A stretch of DNA of 64,000 bases, from positions 124,001-188,000 of the IMG/VR virus record IMGVR_UViG_3300017917_001342; one strand, written 5' to 3'. The notes beneath the pieces were generated by a model. That model worked only from the letters and a program-made list of their open reading frames with translations, searched no databases and had not been told where the DNA came from. The position numbers were made by a program, and so were the translations under genes. Shown here piece after piece: positions 33,238-43,590 of this stretch; within the stretch, counting starts at the first letter, position 1, and every line of letters starts with the position of its first letter.

Positions 33238-33789
33238 ATGGAAATTAAACTTCCCACAATTGATCAACTTAGATCAATGGGAACACCTGCATACTTTGGT
33301 TTAGGATTTATCCAACTCAAAGTGGATCAGACCTATCGCTTTCATTTTTATCACAACAGTTTAGAACCTATTGTACCAGACGATGAAATACATGATCATC
33401 GTTACAATTTCAAAAGTCATGTACTGCAAGGTACTTTTACACAATATCTATTTGAACTTGTACCAAATCCCAATGGTGCATTTGAAATACAAAACGTAAA
33501 CTGTCAAGGTCCAACTGATCAAGTTTTTGAAAAAACCTACGGTAATCTAAAATTGCTTAATCAAAGTACTTATACTGCTGGTTCAAGTTACTGGATAAAC
33601 GGCGATGTGTTACATACTGTGTTTGCAAAAAATAATGCAATAACTCTGTTAGAACGCGAAGATATTAAAAAAGACTACGCAAGAGTTGCAAGACCTGTTG
33701 GTGTAGAAACAGTATGCCCGTTTTCACAACCCCTAGAAGAATCGCGTTGTTGGGAATTAATTGAAGACATGTTACCTAAACAGTCTTGA
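33238..33789 (+). CDS. cupin-like hypothetical protein
   Basis: IHDHRYNFKSHVLQG ... DVLHTV. Confidence 0.55.
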   Translation: MEIKLPTIDQLRSMGTPAYFGLGFIQLKVDQTYRFHFYHNSLEPIVPDDEIHDHRYNFKSHVLQGTFTQYLFELVPNPNGAFEIQNVNCQGPTDQVFEKTYGNLKLLNQSTYTAGSSYWINGDVLHTVFAKNNAITLLEREDIKKDYARVARPVGVETVCPFSQPLEESRCWELIEDMLPKQS

Positions 33790-33827
33790 CAATTTTGAAA
33801 TAAGTAGTAATATAACTGTTAACAAAC

Positions 33828-33911
33828 GCCCCAGTGGTGGAATGGTAGACGCGGTTGACTCAAAATCAATTGCCGAAAGGCGTGGGGGTTCAAGTCCCTC
33901 CTGGGGCACCA
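33828..33911 (+). tRNA. tRNA-Leu(CAA)
   Basis: GTTGA-CTCAAAA-TCAAT. Confidence 0.93.
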
Positions 33912-33932
33912 TACACTGAATCGAGAACCTAA

Positions 33933-34145
33933 TTGGAAGCTGTAGTAGGGCTATTTTTTATAGTAGCAATCATAGTAGGTCTTATCGTCGGCGGTATACA
34001 GACATTCCAACGACATTGGGTTGTAGCACTGCTGCTTTTGATATTTTTCACACCGTTGTGGATTTGTTGGGCAATAGTAGAACTATTTCTACCAAAACCA
34101 GTCAAGAAACCATTGCACATAACTGTAACCCATCACTACAAATAA
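33933..34145 (+). CDS. small membrane protein
   Basis: two TM helices. Confidence 0.55.
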   Translation: MEAVVGLFFIVAIIVGLIVGGIQTFQRHWVVALLLLIFFTPLWICWAIVELFLPKPVKKPLHITVTHHYK

Positions 34146-34160
34146 TTACCTAGGTGATAC

Positions 34161-34646
34161 ATGAAACTTGTTCGTCAAAGCCGTGCTGTACGCAAAAATC
34201 AAGTCGTAGCTTCTTTCCTTGAACGTCAAGCTGAATATGCAGAAGCAAAAACTGCGTATGACAGTGCTTATGCAAAACTCAAAGCTGAAGCTACTAGAGT
34301 GCTAAAACTCTATGTACCGCTAAAAAATGCAGTCAGTGATCGCAACTGGTCTAACAAAACCATTGATAAAATCAAAATTAAAAAAAGTGGTCGAGTTATT
34401 GAACTAGAACTATATCTAAGCAGTAGGTATGGTGACGAGCATCTATCATATTGGGAATTTCCGTCCTGGATGATCGGTGCTACCGACGAGCGCATTGTTG
34501 AAGGTCTTAACCAGATCATTGAAGAAGACGGCCGAAGATTTGCTCGCAAAGAACAGGAACGTCAAGCACAGATTCGCGCAGCAGAACTTGCCAAACTTGA
34601 AGAACTAAAACAAAAATACAGTGAGAGTGAAAATGTCGTATCGTAA
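34161..34646 (+). CDS. hypothetical protein
   Basis: AGGTG RBS. Confidence 0.7.
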   Translation: MKLVRQSRAVRKNQVVASFLERQAEYAEAKTAYDSAYAKLKAEATRVLKLYVPLKNAVSDRNWSNKTIDKIKIKKSGRVIELELYLSSRYGDEHLSYWEFPSWMIGATDERIVEGLNQIIEEDGRRFARKEQERQAQIRAAELAKLEELKQKYSESENVVS

Positions 34647-34821
34647 GATAGAAGTAGACGGTAAAGAATACCAATATGTAGTTGGCAAAAGCAATGTCAA
34701 AGTCAAAGGCGTAGGCGTCTGGGGCAAGCATGAGATTGGCTATGTTATTGATGATCGCGAAGTTCGTGTGCAGCCTTCGCATGTTGTTGATGCAATTCGT
34801 AAAACAGTAAATAGTCATTGA
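34633..34821 (+). CDS. small hypothetical protein
   Basis: overlapping operon. Confidence 0.55.
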   Translation: MSYRKIEVDGKEYQYVVGKSNVKVKGVGVWGKHEIGYVIDDREVRVQPSHVVDAIRKTVNSH

Positions 34822-34860
34822 CAACTGTGTAATAGGCTGTAATATATAGATAAGAAATAT

Positions 34861-34945
34861 GCGGGTATGGCGGAATTGGCAGACGCACTGGATTTAGGTT
34901 CCAGCGCCGCAAGGCGTGAAGGTTCGACCCCTTTTACCCGCACCA
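34861..34945 (+). tRNA. tRNA-Leu(TAG)
   Basis: CTGGA-TTTAGGT-TCCAG. Confidence 0.94.
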
Positions 34946-35186
34946 AGTTTAAAGGAAACAGTTTGAAGTGGCGTTGTTTAATTACCGATCCGCCAACTGG
35001 TGATGAATATGCTGTTTTGCTGTTTCCTTTAAAGACAGATTGTGGTGTGCTTTACACTGTGAGTAATCCTCATTATGCTCGTGGAAAGTATGCATTAGAT
35101 CAGGGATACACACATTGGTGTGAATTTGAATTAGCGCCAGACCACGATAAATGGGAAGAATGGCAAAATAATTTAATTTCGGAGCA

Positions 35187-35393
35187 TTGACTATGGCAAA
35201 ACCCCAATTCGGTAAAGGTAGCGTAGTACAACTTGCAAGTGGTGGTCCTACAATGACTGTTATGGAACATTACACCGATTATAGCAAACCCGGTCTCTAT
35301 GGTACCGACACTGTGAGATGTGGTTGGTTTGATAACGAAAATAATTACCGTGAAGGTAAATTTACAACCGAATCTGTACTTTGGATAAAATGA
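35187..35393 (+). CDS. YodC/DUF2158-family protein
   Basis: GSVVQLASGGPTMTV ... CGWF. Confidence 0.8.
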   Translation: MTMAKPQFGKGSVVQLASGGPTMTVMEHYTDYSKPGLYGTDTVRCGWFDNENNYREGKFTTESVLWIK

Positions 35394-35411
35394 ATTTATA
35401 ATGACTATAAT

Positions 35412-35496
35412 GCCCGCTTGGTGAAACAGGTAGACACAAGAGACTTAAAATCTCTCGCTTTATTGCGTGCCGGTTCGACCCCGGCAGCGGGCACCA
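35412..35496 (+). tRNA. tRNA-Leu(TAA)
   Basis: AGAGA-CTTAAAA-TCTCT. Confidence 0.93.
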
Positions 35497-35517
35497 ATTA
35501 ATAAAAATGAAAATGAA

Positions 35518-35754
35518 ATGACACCTCAAGAAATTGCAGACTACAAACAACAATGGCTTAGCAAAGGCGGTTATGTTGTAGATACACACAGTGATCTAGA
35601 TGTTGCAGGTAAAGATTGGTGTAGACGCAATATCGGTAGGCACGAGTGGACATTTAAACCGCACACTGCTGTATATCAACACACATTTTGTTTTGAATCC
35701 AAAACACATGCTGAGCAGTTTGCAACGCATTTTAACGCAAAGGTTTCAACATGA
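35518..35754 (+). CDS. hypothetical protein
   Basis: GKDWCRRN..HTFCFE. Confidence 0.65.
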   Translation: MTPQEIADYKQQWLSKGGYVVDTHSDLDVAGKDWCRRNIGRHEWTFKPHTAVYQHTFCFESKTHAEQFATHFNAKVST

Positions 35755-36005
35755 AATTAGATCTTGATAAACTCACAGTGACATTCAACTACGCACCATA
35801 TCATCACGTGTTAGTTGAGCCAGGACCAAAAGACTATGATTGGGTGTTTACACAGCAATTTAAAAGTTGGTTAAGCACTAATATGATCAAAGTGTTTACT
35901 GATTTTGATTGTGGTGACAGCGGTGATCATAGTCCAATTACCACACTGCGATTTCAAACGCCACAAGATGCACAAGAGTTTTATAACACTTGGAACAGAG
36001 AATGA
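35751..36005 (+). CDS. hypothetical protein
   Basis: ATGA overlap. Confidence 0.6.
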   Translation: MKLDLDKLTVTFNYAPYHHVLVEPGPKDYDWVFTQQFKSWLSTNMIKVFTDFDCGDSGDHSPITTLRFQTPQDAQEFYNTWNRE

Positions 36006-36032
36006 AAAAGACGGGCAATGCCCGTCTTTTTA
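36005..36032. terminator. bidirectional terminator
   Basis: AAAAAGACGGGC-AAT-GCCCGTCTTTTT between convergent ORFs. Confidence 0.8.
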
Positions 36033-36049
36033 TTTGACCTGTGTTACAG

Positions 36050-36301
36050 TTAGTTGATAACTGCGGTTTCGCGTTCTGCCATAGCTTCTGCAATTTCAGC
36101 TTGCGCAATTTCCTGCATCAGCAAGGACATTTCCGCTTGAATTTCTGCTTGGAATCGGTCTTTGTGCTTGTGAACAATGTACTTGATAGGTTCAAAGTCG
36201 CCCAGCATACCCATGATGCCAATTGCTTGAATAGCAACATCTGGCTCTGTAACCAGTTCGTCAAGCAACAGCTTTTGCGTTTCAGTAAGATCAAAAAACA
36301 T
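36050..36301 (-). CDS. hypothetical protein
   Basis: AGGAG RBS on - strand. Confidence 0.65.
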   Translation of the reverse strand: MFFDLTETQKLLLDELVTEPDVAIQAIGIMGMLGDFEPIKYIVHKHKDRFQAEIQAEMSLLMQEIAQAEIAEAMAERETAVIN

Positions 36302-36458
36302 CTTAGTCTCCTGCGTTGTGCTACATGTTCATATACATAGCAGGCTCTGTTATAGTGTCAACCATAAAATAAGAAATTTTGTTCTTGCAAGTTGTTTATA
36401 ACGAGTATATGTTGATCATATCGAAATTGACTATCTATACCTGAGAAAGGGTTGAACT

Positions 36459-37028
36459 ATGATTGATGTTGCATTTGCCGCTTTTGGTGGTGCTTGGCTT
36501 GCAATTTTTATGCTGGCCTTTGTTGTTGTTGGTGTGATTGCTAACGAACTTGACAGCTTCTTTATGGGTGCTGCTACACTGTTGGTTGGCTTTGTGGGTC
36601 TGCAATGGATGTTTGGCTTGCCAATTTGGCAAACAGTTGCAGCCAATCCGTTCGTGCTGATCCTCTACGTTGCAGTGTATGTTGCAATTGGTGCACTTAT
36701 TACTGGTCTTTGGAGTTGGCCTAACTATATCCGAGAGAATGCCGACAATATCAAATATGCGTTTGAAGAGCATGTGCGAGCACAGAAGCGCGGCGGCCAC
36801 GAAGTTACGTTTGATCAGTTTCTTGTGTCGATTAGCTATCCATACAAAGCTAGCAAAAACAAAGACCGTCTTGCTGCCTGGGTACTGATGTGGCCGTTCG
36901 GTTTGCTGTGGGATCTGATTCATCGCCCTGCACGTTGGATTTGGAACGTTGCTTACTTTGGGCTTGGTGATGTGTTCGAAACTATCAGCAAGAACACTGC
37001 TCGCAAGGTTTACGAACGCAGCAAATGA
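36459..37028 (+). CDS. membrane protein
   Basis: several TM helices. Confidence 0.75.
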   Translation: MIDVAFAAFGGAWLAIFMLAFVVVGVIANELDSFFMGAATLLVGFVGLQWMFGLPIWQTVAANPFVLILYVAVYVAIGALITGLWSWPNYIRENADNIKYAFEEHVRAQKRGGHEVTFDQFLVSISYPYKASKNKDRLAAWVLMWPFGLLWDLIHRPARWIWNVAYFGLGDVFETISKNTARKVYERSK

Positions 37029-37213
37029 GCTATACCTGTAGACTTAATGAAGATCTTACAGTTACGTATGCAGGCAGCGATGTCTGCATACGTTATAATG
37101 ACCATTACTGGAGTCATACACCAGAGCAGACAGTGACTATACCCATTGACAAACTCAATATGTTGATTGCTGCACTTAACGACATTAAAACAATACGAAG
37201 CAAAGAGTGGTAA
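37025..37213 (+). CDS. small hypothetical protein
   Basis: ATGA overlap. Confidence 0.5.
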   Translation: MSYTCRLNEDLTVTYAGSDVCIRYNDHYWSHTPEQTVTIPIDKLNMLIAALNDIKTIRSKEW

Positions 37214-37214
37214 T

Positions 37215-37568
37215 ATGAGCGAATTAAAACAAATGATTGTAATGCGCAAAGATTTGAATATGCGCAAAGGTAAACTTGTTGCCCAAGGTGCTCACGCAGC
37301 TATGAAAGCCACGCTGAAAAACTTTGGTCATCCAAATGTAGCCAAATGGCTAGAAGGCAAGTTTACTAAAATCGCTGTCAGTGTAGACAGTGAAGAAGAA
37401 CTGTTTGCTGTGATGAACAAAGCCAAAGACGCAGGTCTTATTGTAGAGTTGATCACTGATGCAGGTCTTACTGAATTCAATGGTGTACCTACCAATACCT
37501 GCATTGCCGTAGGCCCAGCTACTCACGAAGATCTGCTACCAATCACCGGCCATCTAAAATTATTATAA
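37215..37568 (+). CDS. pth2: peptidyl-tRNA hydrolase, Pth2 family
   Basis: KQMIVMRKDLNMRKGKLVAQGAHA, DAGLTE, TCIAVGP. Confidence 0.92.
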   Translation: MSELKQMIVMRKDLNMRKGKLVAQGAHAAMKATLKNFGHPNVAKWLEGKFTKIAVSVDSEEELFAVMNKAKDAGLIVELITDAGLTEFNGVPTNTCIAVGPATHEDLLPITGHLKLL

Positions 37569-37579
37569 AGGTTTAATCA

Positions 37580-38545
37580 ATGGAAATTTTAACGACACTG
37601 GTTTTAGGAACACCTGCTTGGATGTGGTTGGTGTTTTTATCAACTGTAATTGTACTACTGGTATTTGATCTAGGTGTTCTGCACAAGGATTCACATGAGA
37701 TTGGAGTTGCAGAAAGTCTTAAACTGTCTGCGGTATACATTGCTATCGGACTAGCATTTGCTGGCTTTGTTTGGTATCAGATCGGTGAAGCACAGGCATT
37801 TGAATATCTCACAGCGTTTGTTGTAGAAAAGACTCTGGCACTTGACAACATCTTTGTTATTGCGCTGATTTTTGGATTCTTTGCTATACCGCGTGAATAT
37901 CAGCATCGTGTGTTGTTTTGGGGTATTCTAGGTGTTATTGTTCTACGCGGTATTATGATTGGGCTTGGTGCTACACTAGTAGCAGAGTTTGGTTGGATAC
38001 TTTATATATTTGCCGCATTCTTAATTGTCACCGGTATTAAGATGCTGTTTGTTAAAGAAAAGGAAAACAATCTAGAAAACAACATTGCTCTAAAGTTTAT
38101 GCGTAAACGTTTTAACGTTACTGATAAACTACACGGTCAGAAGTTTCTAGTAAAGATTGCAGACAAATGGTTTGTGACACCACTGTTTTTGGCATTGGTA
38201 TTAGTTGAATTTGCAGATGTCATTTTTGCTGTAGACAGTGTACCAGCGGTTTTTGCAATTACTACTGATCCATTTATTGTGTATACCAGCAACATCTTTG
38301 CAATTCTTGGACTGCGAGCATTGTACTTTGCACTGGATGCAGTACTGCATCGTTTCCACTATCTAAAATCTGCACTGTCTATACTGTTGGTGTTTATTGG
38401 TAGCAAGATCTTTATAGCAGACTTCCTTGGATTAGAAAAGTTTCCAGCTGAATGGTCTCTAGGTATCACTTTTGCTATACTCGGTGCAGGTGTGATCTAT
38501 TCGTTGATTAAGACACGAACCAAGACGGAGATTACAAATGGGTAA
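37580..38545 (+). CDS. terC: TerC/Alx-family membrane protein
   Basis: EKTLALDNIFV, QHRVLFWGILG, DVIFAVDSVPA. Confidence 0.92.
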   Translation: MEILTTLVLGTPAWMWLVFLSTVIVLLVFDLGVLHKDSHEIGVAESLKLSAVYIAIGLAFAGFVWYQIGEAQAFEYLTAFVVEKTLALDNIFVIALIFGFFAIPREYQHRVLFWGILGVIVLRGIMIGLGATLVAEFGWILYIFAAFLIVTGIKMLFVKEKENNLENNIALKFMRKRFNVTDKLHGQKFLVKIADKWFVTPLFLALVLVEFADVIFAVDSVPAVFAITTDPFIVYTSNIFAILGLRALYFALDAVLHRFHYLKSALSILLVFIGSKIFIADFLGLEKFPAEWSLGITFAILGAGVIYSLIKTRTKTEITNG

Positions 38546-38729
38546 AAAAGTCAAAGATCCATTTAAAGTTTGGACTAAAACACTATGTCATCATAACTTC
38601 ACAGCAGTAGATCCCAGACAGCCTTGCGATAGGGCTGTCTGTGTCTGCAACCAGTCATATAATCATAGACTCGAAGTTAGTAGACAACGACGTAGAGAAC
38701 ACAAAGTAAAAACTTCGGAAAATGCATAA
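38538..38729 (+). CDS. small Cys-rich basic protein
   Basis: overlap with terC. Confidence 0.45.
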   Translation: MGKKVKDPFKVWTKTLCHHNFTAVDPRQPCDRAVCVCNQSYNHRLEVSRQRRREHKVKTSENA

Positions 38730-38737
38730 TTAATTAT

Positions 38738-38965
38738 ATGTACAAAGTAATAGTCATAGGCAATGACGGATACACTATAAAATTAGCAGACTGGGATAAT
38801 AAGCCAGATTGCGAAGATGTGGTCTGTTTTAGTGGCGACGATACAGATCTTGTACCTCATGTTTATGAAAATCCCAATTCCGAATCTGCTATAGAAAAAC
38901 GCAATTGGGCAATTAAAAATGAATGTCAACAACGAATGTTTAAAGCCTACTACGACAAAAAATAA
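38738..38965 (+). CDS. hypothetical protein
   Basis: operon spacing. Confidence 0.5.
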   Translation: MYKVIVIGNDGYTIKLADWDNKPDCEDVVCFSGDDTDLVPHVYENPNSESAIEKRNWAIKNECQQRMFKAYYDKK

Positions 38966-39225
38966 CTGTTGCATTTTTAACTGCACTGTGCTATAGTGAG
39001 TTATTGATTATGCGAAAAAAGGTTCGTAGTAGCGGCTAGTAATCCAGGAACCTTGCGGCAAATAAGGTGAGAACGCCCGCCTCACACACCAGCAATGGTA
39101 AAGTAGCGAAAGCGAAGAGATGTAGGAATCTTGTCTATATGGCAAGTTGAAAACAGGGACCCTACTATTTGCCAATACCCATTAAGATCGTCTGTAGGCT
39201 AGCCAAATTTTTAAAAAGGTGTGTT

Positions 39226-39663
39226 ATGCAGCTAGAGCTATTGTTGGTATTACAAATATTATTTGCACATTGGGTCAGCGACTTTGTGTTGCAAAGCCAT
39301 TGGATGGCAACAAATAAAAGCCGTGATTGGCTGGCACTAACTGCCCATGCTGTGACTTACACTGTGAGTATGTTGTTGATAATGTTTGTTTTTATCACTG
39401 CAACTATGTATTTTAATACAGAACCGGGAACACTAGGTTCAATATTGTTTGTGTTTTTTCCAGTCACAGTTGCATATTTTGTTGCAGTATGGGCAGTTAT
39501 CAACGGTGTGTTACATTTTATAACTGACGCTGTGACAAGTAGAATTACATCTAAGCTGTGGCAAAAAGGCGACATGCATAACTTTTTTGTAGTAGTTGGA
39601 TTTGATCAACTCTTGCATTATGTGTGTTTATTTGCTACGTTGACCGCATTGTGGAATTATTAA
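39226..39663 (+). CDS. DUF3307-family membrane protein
   Basis: AHWVSDFVLQS, LTAHAVTY, HFITD, DQLLH. Confidence 0.8.
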   Translation: MQLELLLVLQILFAHWVSDFVLQSHWMATNKSRDWLALTAHAVTYTVSMLLIMFVFITATMYFNTEPGTLGSILFVFFPVTVAYFVAVWAVINGVLHFITDAVTSRITSKLWQKGDMHNFFVVVGFDQLLHYVCLFATLTALWNY

Positions 39664-39675
39664 GAGGATATAGGA

Positions 39676-40230
39676 ATGAGTAGATATAAAGATGAACAAA
39701 GGTTTTCGGCGGGCGACACTGTTATTGCAATCAACGGCAAGCGTCCTTTTAGAGTAACATCTACATGGGGTAATCGTGTGTCTGGTCGTTATTTGCACAG
39801 TGACAACCCTGCAAACTTTTACACAGACCAAGTAAAGCTTTACGAAGAAAACGATACAGATGAAGGAAAGAAAATGAGTCAATCCATTTACAAAGTTACA
39901 CTAGATAACGGCGAAGTTACTTTTGGTACCAAAGCTGGTGCAACTGCACAAGGCATGGTACTGATTGAAGAAAAAGGTACAGGCAAGATTCTGATTGTCA
40001 ATGACGGTCAACTTGAAGAACAACTGCCGTACACTTTTGCAGTACGTACACAAGGCAACACTCAACACTACATTGGCAAGCCGGGTATTGTTGAAAAGGG
40101 CGACATTGTGATCGTCATGGATCAAGGTGTTGACAAGTTTGTTGTTGGTATGGTTTCGGCCGTTGATACCAAGAACAAGAGCGCAACTAAGACTTTCAAG
40201 GGCCGCAAGGTACTAACAGAAGATCTTTAA
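39676..40230 (+). CDS. hypothetical protein
   Basis: GAGG RBS; terminator follows. Confidence 0.75.
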   Translation: MSRYKDEQRFSAGDTVIAINGKRPFRVTSTWGNRVSGRYLHSDNPANFYTDQVKLYEENDTDEGKKMSQSIYKVTLDNGEVTFGTKAGATAQGMVLIEEKGTGKILIVNDGQLEEQLPYTFAVRTQGNTQHYIGKPGIVEKGDIVIVMDQGVDKFVVGMVSAVDTKNKSATKTFKGRKVLTEDL

Positions 40231-40275
40231 GATAAGGCGGGCAACCGCCTTATCTACAACATAAAGGAACACACT

Positions 40276-40527
40276 ATGTCTAAACCACAGATGGAAATTA
40301 TCTTTGCACCCGGATGCTTTGATGAGTTTGAAGGTACGCAAGAAGAACTAGAAGCCTTTATAGCTGAGATCACTGAAACATTGTTGTCCGGTAATATTCA
40401 AGAAGACTGTGTAGTCAGTGATGAATTCGTTGCTACACGACATGTAGTTGAAGACGACGAAGATGAGTTTGATATTGCTGCATCAATTGAGCAGATGACG
40501 CAAGCACGAAAGCGTATGCTGAACTAA
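40276..40527 (+). CDS. acidic hypothetical protein
   Basis: IIFAPGCFDEFEGTQEELE. Confidence 0.7.
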   Translation: MSKPQMEIIFAPGCFDEFEGTQEELEAFIAEITETLLSGNIQEDCVVSDEFVATRHVVEDDEDEFDIAASIEQMTQARKRMLN

Positions 40528-40688
40528 ATAACTGCATGAGACTGCATGAGATCAAATCAAAGCCTCAGACTATTGCGTCTGCAACTGGCAAAAACGGTAT
40601 GATAAACCGTAAAAAATCTGCTGCGGCAGTGGACCCACGTGGCTATTTCAAAAATACCAAAAGTGCTTTTAAAAACGTTAAAGAGTAA

Positions 40689-40763
40689 GCCTTGTTAGTT
40701 CAAGTGGTATAACAGCGGATTCGTAACCCGCGGTCAACAGTTCGATTCTGTTACAAGGCACCA
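40689..40763 (+). tRNA. tRNA-Thr(CGT)
   Basis: GCGG-ATTCGTAAC-CCGC, ACCA. Confidence 0.85.
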
Positions 40764-41048
40764 TTACAGCAATGGATCATCTAACCACCGCATAATTGCA
40801 AATTTAAGCATAGACACAGCACGGTCTGGTGTAAGATTAAACCATTCACCTTTCAATCGCAAATACCCAAGTTCTGTGTGTAGTTTGCGTTCTAGTATAC
40901 GTACACGATGTTCTGGTACTGGTTCAGTATGATGAATTTTTAGTGGTGTAGGGTTGCCAGTTTGCAAAGTTTTCAAACGCTTTGCAACGTCTTTGCTAAA
41001 TCCAATTTTCTGGCGATCAGTGTCAGTGCCTATAATATACAAGTACAT
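40764..41048 (-). CDS. GIY-YIG (T5orf172/MUG113-like) nuclease
   Basis: YLYIIG..KIGFS..RLKTLQTGNP..E..LH..GEWF; abuts tRNA-Thr. Confidence 0.8.
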   Translation of the reverse strand: MYLYIIGTDTDRQKIGFSKDVAKRLKTLQTGNPTPLKIHHTEPVPEHRVRILERKLHTELGYLRLKGEWFNLTPDRAVSMLKFAIMRWLDDPLL

Positions 41049-41150
41049 GAAGATACTTATACAGTGTCGAGACCAAGTTAATGGTTGACACTGTGAAAAT
41101 CTTTGTGCTATACGTCTGTTTGTCATAACGTATTCAATAAAGGACATCAC

Positions 41151-42131
41151 ATGCAAGATGTAACTATCCTCAACGGTAGCTATCGCAACCAACCTCTCAC
41201 TGATGTTCGTTGCACACTGGTCCGTCCTATCAAAATTGGTAGCCGCGGTTGGTATGGCAACTTTCAAATCACTGGCATGGGTAACATTCGTGTTCAACTG
41301 CCCGACGAAAACAGCCTGATCTATCACGGCACTATCAAGTCAAAGAATTCAGATGCAGTTGCAGCAGAAGAAGCTACAGATGAGCAGATTGCAAATCGCA
41401 TTGAGGATCGTTTTAAGATCCTTGAAGAAATCACCGCAGGTGTTGCAAGCGACAATGTTCGCAGTCTGATTGTCAGCGGTGCGCCTGGTATGGGTAAAAG
41501 CGTTGGCATTCAAAACGTTCTCGATAACAACGACGACCTTGAATACAACAAGGTCAGTGGTTCTATCGCCAGTGCGTTCCAACTGTATCAACTGCTGTTT
41601 GACAATGCAGAGCATCACAATGTGTTGATCCTCGATGACTGCGACAGCCTGTTGTTTGACGGCGACTGTGTTAACCTGCTCAAAGCTGCACTTGAAAGCG
41701 GTGATCGTCCTCGCATTGTGAACTATAACAGCGAAAGTGTTGTCAAGCTGGGTATGCCCAAAAGCTTTGAGTTCAATGGGCGTGTGATTTTCATCACTAA
41801 CCTGGACTTCCAACAGATCATTGACAAAGACCGCGGTGCTGCAAAACACATTGCTGCACTGGTTGACCGTAGCCTGTATCTTGACTTGAGCATGCATACA
41901 CGCCGCGAAATTTGGTGCAGGATCGAAACCATGGTGCGTAAGCACAAGATGTTGAAGACCTTTGGTCTCGACGATGATATGATTGAACTGCTGCTGGAAT
42001 ATGTCAAAGAGCGTCGCGATGATTTCCGTCGCCTTAGCCTGCGCACAGTGGTTCAACTTGCACAGTTTGCTAAGACTAGCCCGGATGGTTGGCGCCGTAT
42101 GAGCGAAGCGTTCCAAATGAGGCCGCGGTAA
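41151..42131 (+). CDS. AAA+ ATPase
   Basis: SGAPGMGKS Walker A, LILDDCD Walker B, RVIFITN. Confidence 0.85.
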   Translation: MQDVTILNGSYRNQPLTDVRCTLVRPIKIGSRGWYGNFQITGMGNIRVQLPDENSLIYHGTIKSKNSDAVAAEEATDEQIANRIEDRFKILEEITAGVASDNVRSLIVSGAPGMGKSVGIQNVLDNNDDLEYNKVSGSIASAFQLYQLLFDNAEHHNVLILDDCDSLLFDGDCVNLLKAALESGDRPRIVNYNSESVVKLGMPKSFEFNGRVIFITNLDFQQIIDKDRGAAKHIAALVDRSLYLDLSMHTRREIWCRIETMVRKHKMLKTFGLDDDMIELLLEYVKERRDDFRRLSLRTVVQLAQFAKTSPDGWRRMSEAFQMRPR

Positions 42132-42406
42132 TGCCCGCTAGACAGGACCCGCGATTCCTAACTGCACAAGAGCATCGTAGAACCTTTGAGGAAACTGCTA
42201 AACAGTTTCCTCACTGTGTCACGGTCAAGGCTCTCAAAATTGCAAACGGTAAACGTCTTCGTGTAAGAGAATGGTTCCATGATCATAACCTCAGAGTATA
42301 TCAACTCTACGGTGACCGCGCTGATGTGTTGTGGAATACTAAATGGAACCAATTCTATTTCAAGAACAAAGAACACGCTTTACAATTTGCACTAACATGG
42401 TCATAG
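42131..42406 (+). CDS. hypothetical protein
   Basis: TAATG coupling. Confidence 0.55.
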   Translation: MPARQDPRFLTAQEHRRTFEETAKQFPHCVTVKALKIANGKRLRVREWFHDHNLRVYQLYGDRADVLWNTKWNQFYFKNKEHALQFALTWS

Positions 42407-42415
42407 GAGGACTGT

Positions 42416-43069
42416 ATGTCAGACACTGTTAAGCGCCATTGGCGCATTGCTATTCACGGTTGGGGTGGAGAGATTGTATTCGATCCCAGCACTGAAGAAG
42501 AATATGAATATTGGAACAGTGATCAACCATATATTGATATGGATATTGATCCAGCTGAAGAAGAAAGCGCACTTGCGTATTATGTTTGGGAAAATAGCTG
42601 TGAGCCAGGTATGTTTCCCAATGTCCCAGATCAGTTTCAAAACGACAACAACTGGTTTGATAGAGACACACTGCTTCATATCAACGGAGCAGATTTTGAA
42701 TCTGCATATATAACCATTGAAGAAGTCAACGGCGATGATTGGGATGCTGATCCAATTGCAGAACTTGTTGAAAACATGGGGCTTGGCGACTATGCTGAAC
42801 AAAACAGTGTGGCATTTGAACAAGTAGACTTTGAACCAGACGAAGAGTATCTTTTCCATGGTTTTAGCGAAGAAAAAGGTACGTTTTTCAATGGCATAGT
42901 TTCCACAGATGGCGAGTTTAACCCGTACAAGCTGAGTTTTGTTATTACCAACACCCCTGTTGGTTACAGTATTGTATCCGAAGTAAAATATGACGGAGAA
43001 TTTGTGGAGAATTCTCTAGGGTCTGATACCGATGGTAAAGGCATGACCATCGAGATTATCAGCAACTAA
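42416..43069 (+). CDS. acidic hypothetical protein
   Basis: GGAGG RBS. Confidence 0.7.
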   Translation: MSDTVKRHWRIAIHGWGGEIVFDPSTEEEYEYWNSDQPYIDMDIDPAEEESALAYYVWENSCEPGMFPNVPDQFQNDNNWFDRDTLLHINGADFESAYITIEEVNGDDWDADPIAELVENMGLGDYAEQNSVAFEQVDFEPDEEYLFHGFSEEKGTFFNGIVSTDGEFNPYKLSFVITNTPVGYSIVSEVKYDGEFVENSLGSDTDGKGMTIEIISN

Positions 43070-43211
43070 CTGTCATAAATCTGTTACAAAAACGCATAGC
43101 TGGTATCAATAAAATATAGAGAACATGCATATCAGCTATGCATTTGCAGCAATTGTTTTTTGCACCGCAGCATGATATATAGTATGTACACAGAGACAGA
43201 AGGATATCATT

Positions 43212-43424
43212 ATGATTAGAAAAATCATTGCAATTGTGGCTGCAAATCTTGCAGAACGTAGTACTATCAGAGAACTTAATAGACTAAGTGATCGCGAACT
43301 CAATGACATTGGCATCAGCCGTTGGGACATTCCAAACCTTGCTAAGCAAGAAGCCAATGCAAAGTTTAGCGAATTTTTTTCGTATAAAACACCTGTTAGA
43401 GCAAACGGTGTTACACATGCATAA
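43212..43424 (+). CDS. DUF1127-domain small protein
   Basis: RELNRLSDRELNDIGISRWDI. Confidence 0.85.
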   Translation: MIRKIIAIVAANLAERSTIRELNRLSDRELNDIGISRWDIPNLAKQEANAKFSEFFSYKTPVRANGVTHA

Positions 43425-43590
43425 TTTTGTGCTAGCGTTTTTTAACGCATTTACAAATATGTTTGGTCGTAGCGACTACCGATCCGAACAACAAAAGTTA
43501 GAACGCTTTTTAGGTCAAGCTGAAAATCGTTATCATCTAGAACAACTGGAACGTGAATATTTCAGTAAAGCAGGAAACACATGGCGCTGA
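43417..43590 (+). CDS. small protein (DUF3563-like)
   Basis: ERFLGQAENRYHLEQLEREY; terminator follows. Confidence 0.55.
   Translation: MHNFVLAFFNAFTNMFGRSDYRSEQQKLERFLGQAENRYHLEQLEREYFSKAGNTWR

Noticed and set aside
34867-35190. ORF start as given in the track
   Set aside because: The first ~85 nt are tRNA-Leu(TAG); any real ORF starts near 34962 and is only weakly supported.
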